From a virus (taxonomy: Duplodnaviria; Caudoviricetes): a DNA stretch of 64,000 bases. Of this stretch, positions 51,492 through 59,948 are shown in pieces; position 1 is the stretch's first letter; each line of letters begins with the position of its first letter. The notes below the pieces were generated by a model. The model was not told the DNA's origin. It was given only the letters and a program-made list of their open reading frames with translations, and did no database searches. Position numbers and translations under genes: made by a program. Where the stretch lies: the IMG/VR virus record IMGVR_UViG_3300049781_000059, positions 10,199 to 74,198 of that record. One strand, written 5' to 3'.

Positions 51492-51815
51492 GTGATCGCC
51501 TGCCCGTCGCCGAAATGCTCCTCACCGAACGTCGCCGACCTGCCGCACTACTGGCAGTCGCTGCCCGCCGAGTCACCGTTGAAGGCGAAGTACGCACCGC
51601 CGGCCCGGCCGAAGGTGTCGTACTGGGCGGCGCTGGCCGCGGTCGCCGTCGGCATCCTGGTCCTCGTGGAGGGCGGCGTCCTCCTCGGCCTGCTGCTCGT
51701 CGTGGGCGGGGCTGGCTGGGCCGCGGTCGTGTACAAGGCGGTGCAGTGGGCGGAGGCGCAGCGGGCGGCGTGGGAGCAGTCGCACGTCTGCCTCGCCTGC
51801 ACCGGCACGTTCTGA
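51492..51815 (+). CDS. Two-TM membrane protein flanked by CxxC-type motifs
   Basis: CPSPKC, TM pair, CLAC. Confidence 0.65.
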   Translation: MIACPSPKCSSPNVADLPHYWQSLPAESPLKAKYAPPARPKVSYWAALAAVAVGILVLVEGGVLLGLLLVVGGAGWAAVVYKAVQWAEAQRAAWEQSHVCLACTGTF

Positions 51816-51959
51816 CCTGTCGAAGCCCCGCGCCTTTCCGCATGGGTGACGAGGCTTTGCTGGCGGTGACGGTTTGTGACGTGTTGGTGGCGGGTGCGTG
51901 ATATCTGTACTCGTGCGGGCTCGATTGGCCGCTCCGTCTGCGTCCTTGTGGGGGTTTCT

Positions 51960-52550
51960 GTGCGTAGGTTCGCCGTGTCTGTTGCTGTTGCTGCCGCTGT
52001 CGGGTTGCTTGCCGGGTGCGGCGGTGACGGGGACGCTGACGCGAAGGGCGGCGGCTCGGCCGCGAAGCCGGACACGGCGGCGTGCGAGAAGGCTGTGACG
52101 GAGCAGGTGAAGAAGTCGATGGGCGGGGACAAGACGGCGAAGGATGCCGACTTGCCTGCGTCGTGCGCCGGGTTGGACAAGGCGACGAAGGAGAAGATCG
52201 CGGAGCGGGCGGCGGCTGCTGCGGTCGGGGATGCGCTGAGTGGTGGGGAGAAGGAGTCGTCGGAGGAGCCGGACGCGAAAGCCGATGTGAAGGTCACCGG
52301 CTGTTCGAAGGACGAGTTCGGCTATCCGGTGGCGAAGCTTGAGGTCGTCAACTCCACGGCGAAGAAGCAGGACATGAATGTGCAGGTGTCCTTCAATGGC
52401 CCGGACGGTACGCGTCTGGCGGAGGGCGGGACGGTCGTGACCGCGCTGGAGCCGGGGCAGAAGGCGAAGGAGGACGCGATGGGGCTGAAGGAGGTTTCGG
52501 GCAAGTTCACGTGCAAGATCAGCAACGTGGACCGCTGGGAATCCCAGTAA
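51960..52550 (+). CDS. Lipoprotein (moron; superinfection-exclusion candidate)
   Basis: GTG 51960, MRRFAVSVAVAAAVGLLAGC lipobox; C-terminal beta-sandwich-like domain. Confidence 0.8.
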   Translation: MRRFAVSVAVAAAVGLLAGCGGDGDADAKGGGSAAKPDTAACEKAVTEQVKKSMGGDKTAKDADLPASCAGLDKATKEKIAERAAAAAVGDALSGGEKESSEEPDAKADVKVTGCSKDEFGYPVAKLEVVNSTAKKQDMNVQVSFNGPDGTRLAEGGTVVTALEPGQKAKEDAMGLKEVSGKFTCKISNVDRWESQ

Positions 52551-52619
52551 ACGGACCGTGGTCCGCATACAGCTGCGCCCCCACCAAACGGCGGGGCGCT
52601 GCTGTGTTGCGGCGGTCGG

Positions 52620-52731
52620 GTGCGGGGCCGGATTTGAACCGGCGACATGCGCCAAGGGGGTGCCACGTGCCGTGAGGCGGGCCTCGATCCCTACTCCCTG
52701 GACAGCTCTGGCCGCTGAGCTACCCGCCTCA
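52620..52731 (-). ncRNA. tRNA-like RNA with expanded central region
   Basis: D-arm TA-GCTC-AGCGGCCA-GAGC, T-arm GCCGG-TTCAAAT-CCGGC, 5-bp acceptor GCGGG/CCCGC; about 61 nt lies between the D- and T-arms; no canonical anticodon loop. Confidence 0.65.
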
Positions 52732-52748
52732 GCAGGATGGCATGGCCG

Positions 52749-52976
52749 TCAAGCCGGGCGAGGGTTGTACTCGTAGTGTTCGATGGACCCCTCCGGAAGC
52801 TCTGCTATCTCTCTCGCCGCCTGCTCCGCGCGCTGCTTGGCCTTCTCCTTGGTGCGGGCGAAGCCGCTGCGGGTGCCACGTCCGGGGAGGGTGGCCATCC
52901 AAAACCAGTGCCAGCCGCTGATCCAGTCGGTGAGGTCCTTGTTGGTGCGTTCGACGATGGTGATCCGAGCGGTCAC
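52749..52976 (-). CDS. Hypothetical protein
   Basis: GTG 52976, 75 aa, GTGA overlap. Confidence 0.6.
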   Translation of the reverse strand: MTARITIVERTNKDLTDWISGWHWFWMATLPGRGTRSGFARTKEKAKQRAEQAAREIAELPEGSIEHYEYNPRPA

Positions 52977-53431
52977 GACTGCTCCTTCGGCTGGTGCTGG
53001 CCGATGGGTGCGATGGCGTCGTGGGCGGGCCAGGTGAGCGTGCCGTCTCGGTGCCGCCCGTCGTGGCCGACAGGCAGGGTGCAGCACTCGTCTCCTAGGG
53101 CATTGAAGGCACTGCTGCCCGCCTGACATGGGGTGGGCACGGGCTCGTAAGTTGCGCAGAAGATGTCGTCTCGGCAGGGATAGAACTCGCCCGCGACGCC
53201 CTTGATGATCCAGTCGTCGAGGCCGGCGGTCATCGTTCCTTCGAGGGTGCGGATGCTGATCGAGTGCGGGGTGTCGCCATCGTGTTCTGCGCAGCGGTCG
53301 GGGTTCGAGCAGGTGTAGCTCGCGGTCGCTCCGTGGCTGAGAATCCAGTCGATGATGCGGGTGGCGCCTTCTGCGGTGCCGTCCCACTGCGCGGCTTCGA
53401 TCTCGACGGGCTTCTTGCGGAACTTGGGCAT
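52973..53431 (-). CDS. Conserved phage protein (KKPVEIEA...EFYPC..DIF..TYE family) with Cys/His extension
   Basis: ATG 53431 with AGGAG RBS. Confidence 0.7.
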   Translation of the reverse strand: MPKFRKKPVEIEAAQWDGTAEGATRIIDWILSHGATASYTCSNPDRCAEHDGDTPHSISIRTLEGTMTAGLDDWIIKGVAGEFYPCRDDIFCATYEPVPTPCQAGSSAFNALGDECCTLPVGHDGRHRDGTLTWPAHDAIAPIGQHQPKEQS

Positions 53432-53433
53432 GG

Positions 53434-53778
53434 TCACTGCTCCTTGGTCTGGTCTGCGGGCGGCCGGATCGCGTTGTGAAGTTCGACGAGCCGGGCGTCC
53501 CACCAGCGGGCGATGCTCGCGCCGAGCGGTGGCGGGCCGGCTTTCACCCACCGCTCGTACAGGGCGATGACGCGACTCACGTCCTGCTCGGCGGATCGGT
53601 GGAGTGCGGCGAAGACACGGGTGGTCTTCTCGGCCTCGGTCGCTTCGGTCGTCTCCGTCTGGTCGTGGCCGGGGCAGTGGACGGGGTTCATGCCGGGCTG
53701 CGGCTCCCAGTCGTGCGGCGGATGCGGCTGGCGGAGCGTGGCAGTCGAGCAGGGCAGGCTGGTCGGGAGGTCGGTCAT
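53434..53778 (-). CDS. Hypothetical protein
   Basis: 114 aa, ATGA overlap. Confidence 0.55.
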   Translation of the reverse strand: MTDLPTSLPCSTATLRQPHPPHDWEPQPGMNPVHCPGHDQTETTEATEAEKTTRVFAALHRSAEQDVSRVIALYERWVKAGPPPLGASIARWWDARLVELHNAIRPPADQTKEQ

Positions 53779-54010
53779 GCTGCGCTCCTGGGCTGGTCGG
53801 GCTGGATGCTGATCACAAGGTCCACGCCGCAGAGACCGAGGATGCCTTCGGCCCAGGTGAGGGTGAGGGTGGCGCGGCCGGTGAGCATGTGCAGAGGTGC
53901 TTGGTGGACACGCCGAACTGGCGGGCGACCTCGGCCTGGGAGATGCGGGCGTCGGCGAGTGCCTGACGAACGAGGGCGCGCAACTGGTCCTCGGCGGGAA
54001 GGTCGGTCAT
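53775..54010 (-). pseudogene. XRE-type HTH gene with a 1-nt frameshift
   Basis: ISQAEVARQFGVSTKHL in one frame continues as HMLTGRATLTLTWAEGIL in another; the 236-nt span is one base short of a whole number of codons. Confidence 0.65.
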
Positions 54011-54345
54011 GCGGCTTCCTTCCGCTGCTGTCGCCGCTCGGCCCGGTAGGCGCGCTCCCCTTCGGGGCAGCCTTGCTGGCAGGCCCACGGGTCCTCGCCG
54101 CGGCGGACGTGCGCGGTGAAGCCGGCGTGGTCGCCGTGGCGTTCACGACGCAGGATCCCGGCGACGTGGGCGAGGTGTACGGCGTTGGTGATGTTGGTGG
54201 CGCCGAGTTTCCGGGCCAGTCGGAGCGCCATCTTGGAGACGCTCTTCTCCTGGTAGCCGAGTTCAGCGGCGATCGTGGCGTAGGTCTGGCCGGCTGCGGC
54301 CCTGCGGAGTACCTCGAGTTCGTTGTCGGTGAGGAGCGGAGTCAC
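54007..54345 (-). CDS. LuxR-type HTH regulator
   Basis: LTDNELEVLRRAAAGQTYATIAAELG...LARKLGATNITNAV; HG...C...C tail. Confidence 0.82.
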   Translation of the reverse strand: MTPLLTDNELEVLRRAAAGQTYATIAAELGYQEKSVSKMALRLARKLGATNITNAVHLAHVAGILRRERHGDHAGFTAHVRRGEDPWACQQGCPEGERAYRAERRQQRKEAA

Positions 54346-54533
54346 GGTGTCCTCCGCCGGTGTCCGGGCTGGATGATGACGCGGCCGTTGACGTCGAGTA
54401 GTCCGTCGGCGCGGGCGAGGAGCAGCAGGGCGCGGCGAAGGACGGACCCGGGCCGGTCACCGCGGCGGCTGTAGGCGGCGAGGATCGCGGCACTGCCGTC
54501 ATCAGGCTGCCGACGCAGCGGCTGGCGCGTCAC
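54342..54533 (-). CDS. Hypothetical protein
   Basis: GTG 54533, 63 aa. Confidence 0.5.
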   Translation of the reverse strand: MTRQPLRRQPDDGSAAILAAYSRRGDRPGSVLRRALLLLARADGLLDVNGRVIIQPGHRRRTP

Positions 54534-55744
54534 AACGCATCCTCGTCGTCGGCAACGAACGGCACCGACGCCTCGGGCTTGATCGCCCGCCACAGGTGCA
54601 GGTCGACCGGGCGGCCGTCCAGGATGAGGAACATGCAGGCGCGGACCGCTTGCCCGTCGATGGCCTGGGCCGCCCGAGCGAACTCGCCTCGGTCTCCTGA
54701 GAGGTGGGCGATCTTCTGGTACTCCTCCGTCACTCGCTCGGCGAGCACGGCTGCCTGCTCTTCGAGTCGAGCGACGACGGAGCGAACCCAGGTGTCGAAC
54801 TCGTCGGGCACGGTCTCCAGCAGCGCGTCGAGCGGCCCGCGGTCCGCGCCGGCCAGGGCGGCGACCTCGACGACGGTGCAGCCGAGGGCCTTGGCCACGT
54901 GCTTCGGCGGCTGGCCGGCGTACTTCTGCATGCCAAGCATCCGCCAGATGTCCCGCTCGTTGATCCCGGTCAGGATTTTGTGGAGGCGGACGTACTCGGC
55001 GAGCTTCGCCTTGGCACGGACTCCGTTGGCGTAGCGGATGACGTAGCCCTCGGCGTGCATGCCGCTCGCCGGCTGGCCGTCGGGACGGGAGTTGGCCTCG
55101 GTGCGCTTCAGCAACTCGGGAAGCGGTATCGCGGGCCAGGAGCGGACGACTGTGCCGATGTCCTGCCAGTCTGGCGCGGCATAGGAGAGACGGATCTCCC
55201 GGCCGGTGGCGTCAAACGCCGCAAGCAGGACGAGATCGCGGCGCCTGCCGTAGTCGACCACGATCCGGTTCTCCGGATAGATGATCTCGGCGAGGTAGGT
55301 GACGCCGGGCGTCAGCAGGAAGGTGTCGCCCTCGTCGAGCCAGGCCTGCGCCCACTGGGCCTGCTCGCTGGTGAAGGAGCCCTTGGAGGCCACGTGCCAG
55401 CGGCCGTCGTAATGGAAAACGATCCCGAGCGAGCCGTCGACCTTGTCGTACACCTCGAACGACTCGTCGTCCGGAAGCGGAGGCGCATAGTCGAAGCCGT
55501 GACCGTGCTCGCCGACGTTGAAGAACTTCGGGAACGGCCAGGCGACTATCTCGCCAGTCTTGTCGTCGGCGATGAGGCCGCGGCACTGGAGGGTGGCTGT
55601 GGTCCAGGCGCGGGAGTATTGGGCGGCCCGCGTGTAGGTGTAGATCGACAGCGGCAGGGCGGGGTGTTGTCTGCGGCTGACGTGGCCGGCGTCGATGGCG
55701 GCGGCGAGTTCGGCGGGCGGGATGAGGGTGTCGAGCTGGGTCAC
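54530..55744 (-). CDS. RNA ligase (T4 Rnl1-like)
   Basis: GTG 55744; CRGLI, FPKFFN, motif I KVDGSLG, AEIIYP, EGYV, KAK. Confidence 0.9.
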   Translation of the reverse strand: MTQLDTLIPPAELAAAIDAGHVSRRQHPALPLSIYTYTRAAQYSRAWTTATLQCRGLIADDKTGEIVAWPFPKFFNVGEHGHGFDYAPPLPDDESFEVYDKVDGSLGIVFHYDGRWHVASKGSFTSEQAQWAQAWLDEGDTFLLTPGVTYLAEIIYPENRIVVDYGRRRDLVLLAAFDATGREIRLSYAAPDWQDIGTVVRSWPAIPLPELLKRTEANSRPDGQPASGMHAEGYVIRYANGVRAKAKLAEYVRLHKILTGINERDIWRMLGMQKYAGQPPKHVAKALGCTVVEVAALAGADRGPLDALLETVPDEFDTWVRSVVARLEEQAAVLAERVTEEYQKIAHLSGDRGEFARAAQAIDGQAVRACMFLILDGRPVDLHLWRAIKPEASVPFVADDEDAL

Positions 55745-55902
55745 AGGTAGCTCCCGATCGGGTCGATGTCGGTGATCGAATGGAGTTGCACGGCGGTCAA
55801 TCCTTGGCCGCGGAGGTCGCGGAGCCGGGGGTCGTCGGGGGTGGTGTCGTCGAGTTCGCCGTCGGTCCACAGCGGGTCGCACGGGGGCGGGTCGGCGGTC
55901 AC
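55741..55902 (-). CDS. Small hypothetical protein
   Basis: GTG 55902, 53 aa, overlapping packing. Confidence 0.45.
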   Translation of the reverse strand: MTADPPPCDPLWTDGELDDTTPDDPRLRDLRGQGLTAVQLHSITDIDPIGSYL

Positions 55903-56138
55903 GGGACACGCCTGGTGGGTTGGCTGCGGCGGATCTCGTCTTCGGTGAAGCCGAGTTGGCGGTCGTACCGGTCGCAGGACCGGTCGAGGAGGCGCCCGGG
56001 GATCAGGTGGATGTGCAGCCACGGGTAGCGCACCCGGTATGCCTTGCGGCCGAGGGCGGCGGGGTCGTACAGCAAGTGCATGAACTCGTGCCAGCCGGTG
56101 TGGAGATGGTGCTCCATGCGGCTGCGGGTGTGAGTCAC
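55899..56138 (-). CDS. Hypothetical protein
   Basis: 79 aa with AGGAG RBS. Confidence 0.55.
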   Translation of the reverse strand: MTHTRSRMEHHLHTGWHEFMHLLYDPAALGRKAYRVRYPWLHIHLIPGRLLDRSCDRYDRQLGFTEDEIRRSQPTRRVP

Positions 56139-56221
56139 GACTACTCCTGATGATCGAAAGCTCTGTGCGCCTCTGTGAGGCTCTGGGGAGGGTTCCGGCT
56201 GACTCGGAGCCGCCGGATGGG

Positions 56222-56257
56222 GCGAGGGGCGCCACAGCGGCGTACAGCGCCCCTCGC
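56222..56257 (-). terminator. 11-bp stem-loop
   Basis: GCGAGGGGCGC...GCGCCCCTCGC. Confidence 0.5.
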
Positions 56258-56262
56258 GGGCG

Positions 56263-56898
56263 TCACACGGGCGGAGGCGGCGACTGCGCCCCGTCCTGCC
56301 GCGCCCCGGCGGCGTCGCCCTCGGGTAGCCAGGGCAACGCCTGGCCGTAGACGTGGGCGCCGTCCCAGCCGGGGCAGTCGTGACAGCCGTTGGGGATCGT
56401 CATGTTCGAGGCGTCGGTCCAGTGGCGGTCTTCGGCGTGGCCGCACCAGCAACCGGTCTCGGCGGGCTGTGTCTCGTCGGCCATACGGCGCAGCAGGGCG
56501 GCGCCGTAGCGGACGTACCGGTCCGTGCCGGGGCCGGTATAGGTGGCGTCGATCGCGTCAGCCCCCTCGTGGAGGGCGGCGCGTCGGTCGGTGGTCGCAG
56601 GCAGCACGGCGGCCTGTGCCAGGACGGCACGGACCGCGTTCCGCAGGCCCTCCCCCTCGTCCGCGAAGTGCTGTTCAGCGAACGGGGTGATCGCGTACAG
56701 CGCGTCGTACAGGGTGTCGGACAGGGCTTCCAGCGCGGTCTGGTCGGCGGGCGGCAGCGACACGGCAGACACGGCGTCGTAGGCGGCCAGCAGCTCCTCC
56801 GGCGTCGCATAGCCGACGCCCTGGCAGTACGAGAAGTCGAGCGCGTCCAGCAACTGCTCACGCAGAGCGCTCCGGTCGGTGGTGGTCGGGTCGGTCAT
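56263..56898 (-). CDS. Hypothetical protein with C-terminal CxCxH...CxxC
   Basis: ATG 56898 with AGGAG RBS, 211 aa. Confidence 0.6.
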   Translation of the reverse strand: MTDPTTTDRSALREQLLDALDFSYCQGVGYATPEELLAAYDAVSAVSLPPADQTALEALSDTLYDALYAITPFAEQHFADEGEGLRNAVRAVLAQAAVLPATTDRRAALHEGADAIDATYTGPGTDRYVRYGAALLRRMADETQPAETGCWCGHAEDRHWTDASNMTIPNGCHDCPGWDGAHVYGQALPWLPEGDAAGARQDGAQSPPPPV

Positions 56899-56987
56899 GG
56901 GTTCTCCTGTGGGTACGGTGCGGGCACGGCCCTGGCGGATAGCCGCCGCCAGGGCCGGCGGGTTGGGGTGGGTTTCCGGCACACCGG

Positions 56988-57356
56988 TCACCCGGCGGCG
57001 GGGCTGCCTGCGGCGTTGATCTGGCGGGCCACGGCGAGGGGGTGCGGGGCGACGGTCTCCTGCCAGCCGGGGTGCGTGTTCGCGTCGAGCGATGCGGCCG
57101 TGACGTCCAGCCAGTCGGCGAGGGCGGTGCCGACACCCGGGTGCATGGCGGCGATGTACGGCGCGGACGGCTTCGGCTGCTCAAGGTCATCGAGCGTCTC
57201 GCAGAGGATCACGTCGGTGGCGGGGCTGAAGACGGCCTGCGGGTAGCCGTTCGGGTTGTGCACGGTCCACGGCCCCGGGTGCTGCTCGGCCATCGCCGTG
57301 GCGAGGCGGCGCAGCTTGTCGGCTGCAGTGCGGAGTTCGTCGGCGGGCGTGGTCAC
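56988..57356 (-). CDS. Ead/Ea22-like phage protein
   Basis: HPGPW...YIAAMHPGVGTALADWL. Confidence 0.6.
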   Translation of the reverse strand: MTTPADELRTAADKLRRLATAMAEQHPGPWTVHNPNGYPQAVFSPATDVILCETLDDLEQPKPSAPYIAAMHPGVGTALADWLDVTAASLDANTHPGWQETVAPHPLAVARQINAAGSPAAG

Positions 57357-57562
57357 GGGGTTCCTCCGGGGCAGTTGTGTGCGGGGTGGGATTGCCGCAT
57401 GGATTGGGCGGCGGCATGATCCGGGCAGTCCGCGCGGATCGCGGCGGCCAGCACCAGGCCGCATGGGGCCTTCGCGCACGGGCAGGCGGCCTCCAGGCGG
57501 GTGCCGTCGAAGTCGCGGCCCAGGTGGTCGCCAGCCCACTGACGGGCGGGTGAGGTTGGCAT
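57353..57562 (-). CDS. Small Cys/His-rich protein
   Basis: ATG 57562; CPCAKAPCGL...CPDH...H...C. Confidence 0.55.
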   Translation of the reverse strand: MPTSPARQWAGDHLGRDFDGTRLEAACPCAKAPCGLVLAAAIRADCPDHAAAQSMRQSHPAHNCPGGTP

Positions 57563-57629
57563 CAGGTCTCCCAGCGGTAGAGTCCGCGGCAGACCCGGGC
57601 GCGGTAACGGCGCGCCCGGGTCGCCGCGT

Positions 57630-57998
57630 TCACGGGGTGGGGGCGGGCTGGTTGGCCAGCTCGAGGAGCACGTCGACGTGGCAGGGCATCTCAAGCGGGC
57701 ACCAGCACATGAGGTCCCGGCCAGCGAGTTCGACGCGAGCGCGGACTGCGAAACCGACGGTGCGCTCGGCGTACTCGCGGTACAGGCCGACGGCCATGAC
57801 GTGGGCAGCGTGCTGGTTGTCGGTACTCGCCGCCCACTCGGGAGTTGGCGTGCCTTCGCCAGCCCAGTTGACGGCCCAGCCGGTGCGGGTCTGGACGACA
57901 ACCCACGGGTTGCCCCACCGGGTGCCGCGGCCGACGTAGCGGGCCTTGTCGGGTGCGCGCCAGCCCTTCGTGCGGCGGCGCTGGATTCGTTCGGGCAT
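57630..57998 (-). CDS. DUF4326-like protein
   Basis: RYVGRGTRWGNPW...LAGRDLMCWC...CHVDVL. Confidence 0.8.
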   Translation of the reverse strand: MPERIQRRRTKGWRAPDKARYVGRGTRWGNPWVVVQTRTGWAVNWAGEGTPTPEWAASTDNQHAAHVMAVGLYREYAERTVGFAVRARVELAGRDLMCWCPLEMPCHVDVLLELANQPAPTP

Positions 57999-58192
57999 CA
58001 GATGCTCCCTAGGGTGGGTTGGAAGTGGGTCAGTTCGATCTTGGTCTGGCCCGGGATGGGTTCGACCGGGGGTTTGGCGGCCCGTGCCGGTGTTCGGGCC
58101 GGGGCCGGGTTGAGGCGGCGGAAACACACCGGGCCCAGGCCCGATGGCGACGGGCGGCGCAGACGGCGGCCACACGCCGCACAGCGGGACAT
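57998..58192 (-). CDS. DUF6011-like zinc-binding protein
   Basis: CAACGRRL...GLGPVC. Confidence 0.7.
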   Translation of the reverse strand: MSRCAACGRRLRRPSPSGLGPVCFRRLNPAPARTPARAAKPPVEPIPGQTKIELTHFQPTLGSI

Positions 58193-59142
58193 CAAGCCGC
58201 CTCCGCGATGGGCCGCCGCTCGCTGACGCCGGCAGCCGCGCGGATGACGGCGTCAGCGAGCGGCGGCGGAACGGCGTTGCCGACGGCGAGGTACTGCTGG
58301 CCCTGCCCGCCGTGGAACTCGAGCTCCGGCCGGAAGCCCTGCAGGGCGGCGCATTCGGCGACGGTCGGCCGCAGGTGCGGGGCGCCGCGGTCGCGCCAGG
58401 CCGGGGTGCCGATGTGGCGTTTCATGGCCTGGCGGGTGCCGTTGCCGAACGGCTCCGCTCCCCCGGTGTAGGTGCCGCCGCCGGTGACGGACGGGGCCGG
58501 GCGCCGGGTGTAGCCCCAGCCGACGACGTCCGCCATCGACACCCGGGCCGGCTGGCCGAGGCCCCCGTGCGTCGGTGCGGGCAGGTCGACCGAGCGGGTC
58601 CGGGAGGCGATGAGGACGGCCCGCCTGCGGGTCTGGCCGAGCCCGTGGTCGGCGGCGTCGAGGACGTCGGCGACCGCGCTGTACCCCCACCGCCGGAGGA
58701 TCTCCGCGTACTGCTGCCACACCGGGAGCACCGAAGGCACCTGCTCCATGCAGATCCATTCGGGCATCAGGTCGTAGTGCCAGCGCATCGGTTCGGCGGT
58801 GAGGATGCTGCGTTCGTCGCGGCAGGCGGCGCCGATGGCCGCGCGGGTGTCCTTGCCCCGGGACAGGTCTTCGATCGCCTGGTGGACGAGCGGCAGGTCG
58901 AGGAGGCCAAGTTTCTTGCCGGACTTGTTGAAGCCGGGGCACGGCGGCGAGTCGATCTTGCCGGTGGTGCGGCCCTTGAACGGCCACGTCGGGTACTGGG
59001 TAACGTCGCACTGGACCGTGGCGTGCCCGGCGCCGCGGCGCGTCTGGCAGGCCGCCGTGTTCAACTCGAGGCCGATGTCCGACAGGCCGAGGCCGACGAG
59101 GGCCTCCGTCCAGCCGATACCGGCAAACCCGTGAACGATCAT
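58192..59142 (-). CDS. DNA (cytosine-5) methyltransferase
   Basis: ATG 59142; FAGIG (motif I), SPPCPGF (IV), MEQV (VI), QTRRRA (VIII), LQGF and VGNAVPP (IX-X). Confidence 0.88.
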   Translation of the reverse strand: MIVHGFAGIGWTEALVGLGLSDIGLELNTAACQTRRGAGHATVQCDVTQYPTWPFKGRTTGKIDSPPCPGFNKSGKKLGLLDLPLVHQAIEDLSRGKDTRAAIGAACRDERSILTAEPMRWHYDLMPEWICMEQVPSVLPVWQQYAEILRRWGYSAVADVLDAADHGLGQTRRRAVLIASRTRSVDLPAPTHGGLGQPARVSMADVVGWGYTRRPAPSVTGGGTYTGGAEPFGNGTRQAMKRHIGTPAWRDRGAPHLRPTVAECAALQGFRPELEFHGGQGQQYLAVGNAVPPPLADAVIRAAAGVSERRPIAEAA

Positions 59143-59384
59143 GCGGCGTTCCCTTCCCGCGGCCGGTGCTGGGCGGACAGGTCGGTGTCGCAGTAGAAGC
59201 CGATCGTGAGGTGCATGCCGTAGTTCTCGACGACCTTCCACACGGCGGGCGCGGTGCACGGCGGGCGTCCGTCCTGCTCACGCTGGTAGTTGGTCATGCA
59301 GTCGGCGAGATCGCTGTAGTCGGGCAGCACCCAGCCGCCAGGGCGGTGATGGACGTGGACGGTGGGCTTACGGCGGCGGCTCAT
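59139..59384 (-). CDS. Hypothetical Cys-containing protein
   Basis: 81 aa, ATGA overlaps. Confidence 0.55.
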   Translation of the reverse strand: MSRRRKPTVHVHHRPGGWVLPDYSDLADCMTNYQREQDGRPPCTAPAVWKVVENYGMHLTIGFYCDTDLSAQHRPREGNAA

Positions 59385-59665
59385 GCGGCGTCTCCGATCT
59401 GACGGTGGGTGGTGGTGCTGTTGGGGTTGCCGCCGCAGCGGGCGCAGGTGCAGGCGTCCGGCGGCGGAGTCGGGCCGGTGGAGGCGGTGCCCAACGGCCA
59501 GCCGCCGGTGTGGGCAATGCGGTAGCCAGCCGCCGGGACCGCGGTGAGGGCGGGCATGGCGGGGGCCTCGGGTGCGACGGTGCGTCCGGTGATGTGCCGC
59601 AGGTAGTCGCGGAAGTCGCCCTGCTTTCGCAGCTCGGCGATCTCTTCCGGGGTGAGGTCGCTCAT
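59381..59665 (-). CDS. Hypothetical protein
   Basis: ATG 59665; HTGGWP...CTCARC. Confidence 0.55.
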   Translation of the reverse strand: MSDLTPEEIAELRKQGDFRDYLRHITGRTVAPEAPAMPALTAVPAAGYRIAHTGGWPLGTASTGPTPPPDACTCARCGGNPNSTTTHRQIGDAA

Positions 59666-59934
59666 GACGCCCACAGCCCCTCGCCCGCCGGAAGCAGGCC
59701 GATCAGGTAGCTAATCGCGGCGTGCCAGGCTTCCTCGGACTCGAGGTGGGGGTGGGCGCCGGTATCCCGATCCCAGCCGACCAGCGGCCGTATGGCGGGA
59801 CGCAGGGTTCGCGACCAGTAGATCGAGAAGGACCACATCGGATTCGTCTCGGCGGTCGCCGCCTCGAGGCGAACAGCCTCTTCGAGTTCCGCCAGCCGCG
59901 GCTCTACCGCGACCAGTTCGGGCCAGGTGATCAC
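59662..59934 (-). CDS. Hypothetical protein
   Basis: 90 aa; VGWDR...SEEAWH. Confidence 0.6.
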   Translation of the reverse strand: MITWPELVAVEPRLAELEEAVRLEAATAETNPMWSFSIYWSRTLRPAIRPLVGWDRDTGAHPHLESEEAWHAAISYLIGLLPAGEGLWAS

Positions 59935-59948
59935 AGAGCTTCTCCTTG

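Noticed and set aside
52620-52731. A functional decoding tRNA (for example Leu, anticodon GAG)
   Set aside because: The top two acceptor pairs mismatch, the putative anticodon loop lacks the conserved U33 and has a weak stem, the extra region is about 43 nt, and there is no CCA. Kept as tRNA-like ncRNA only.
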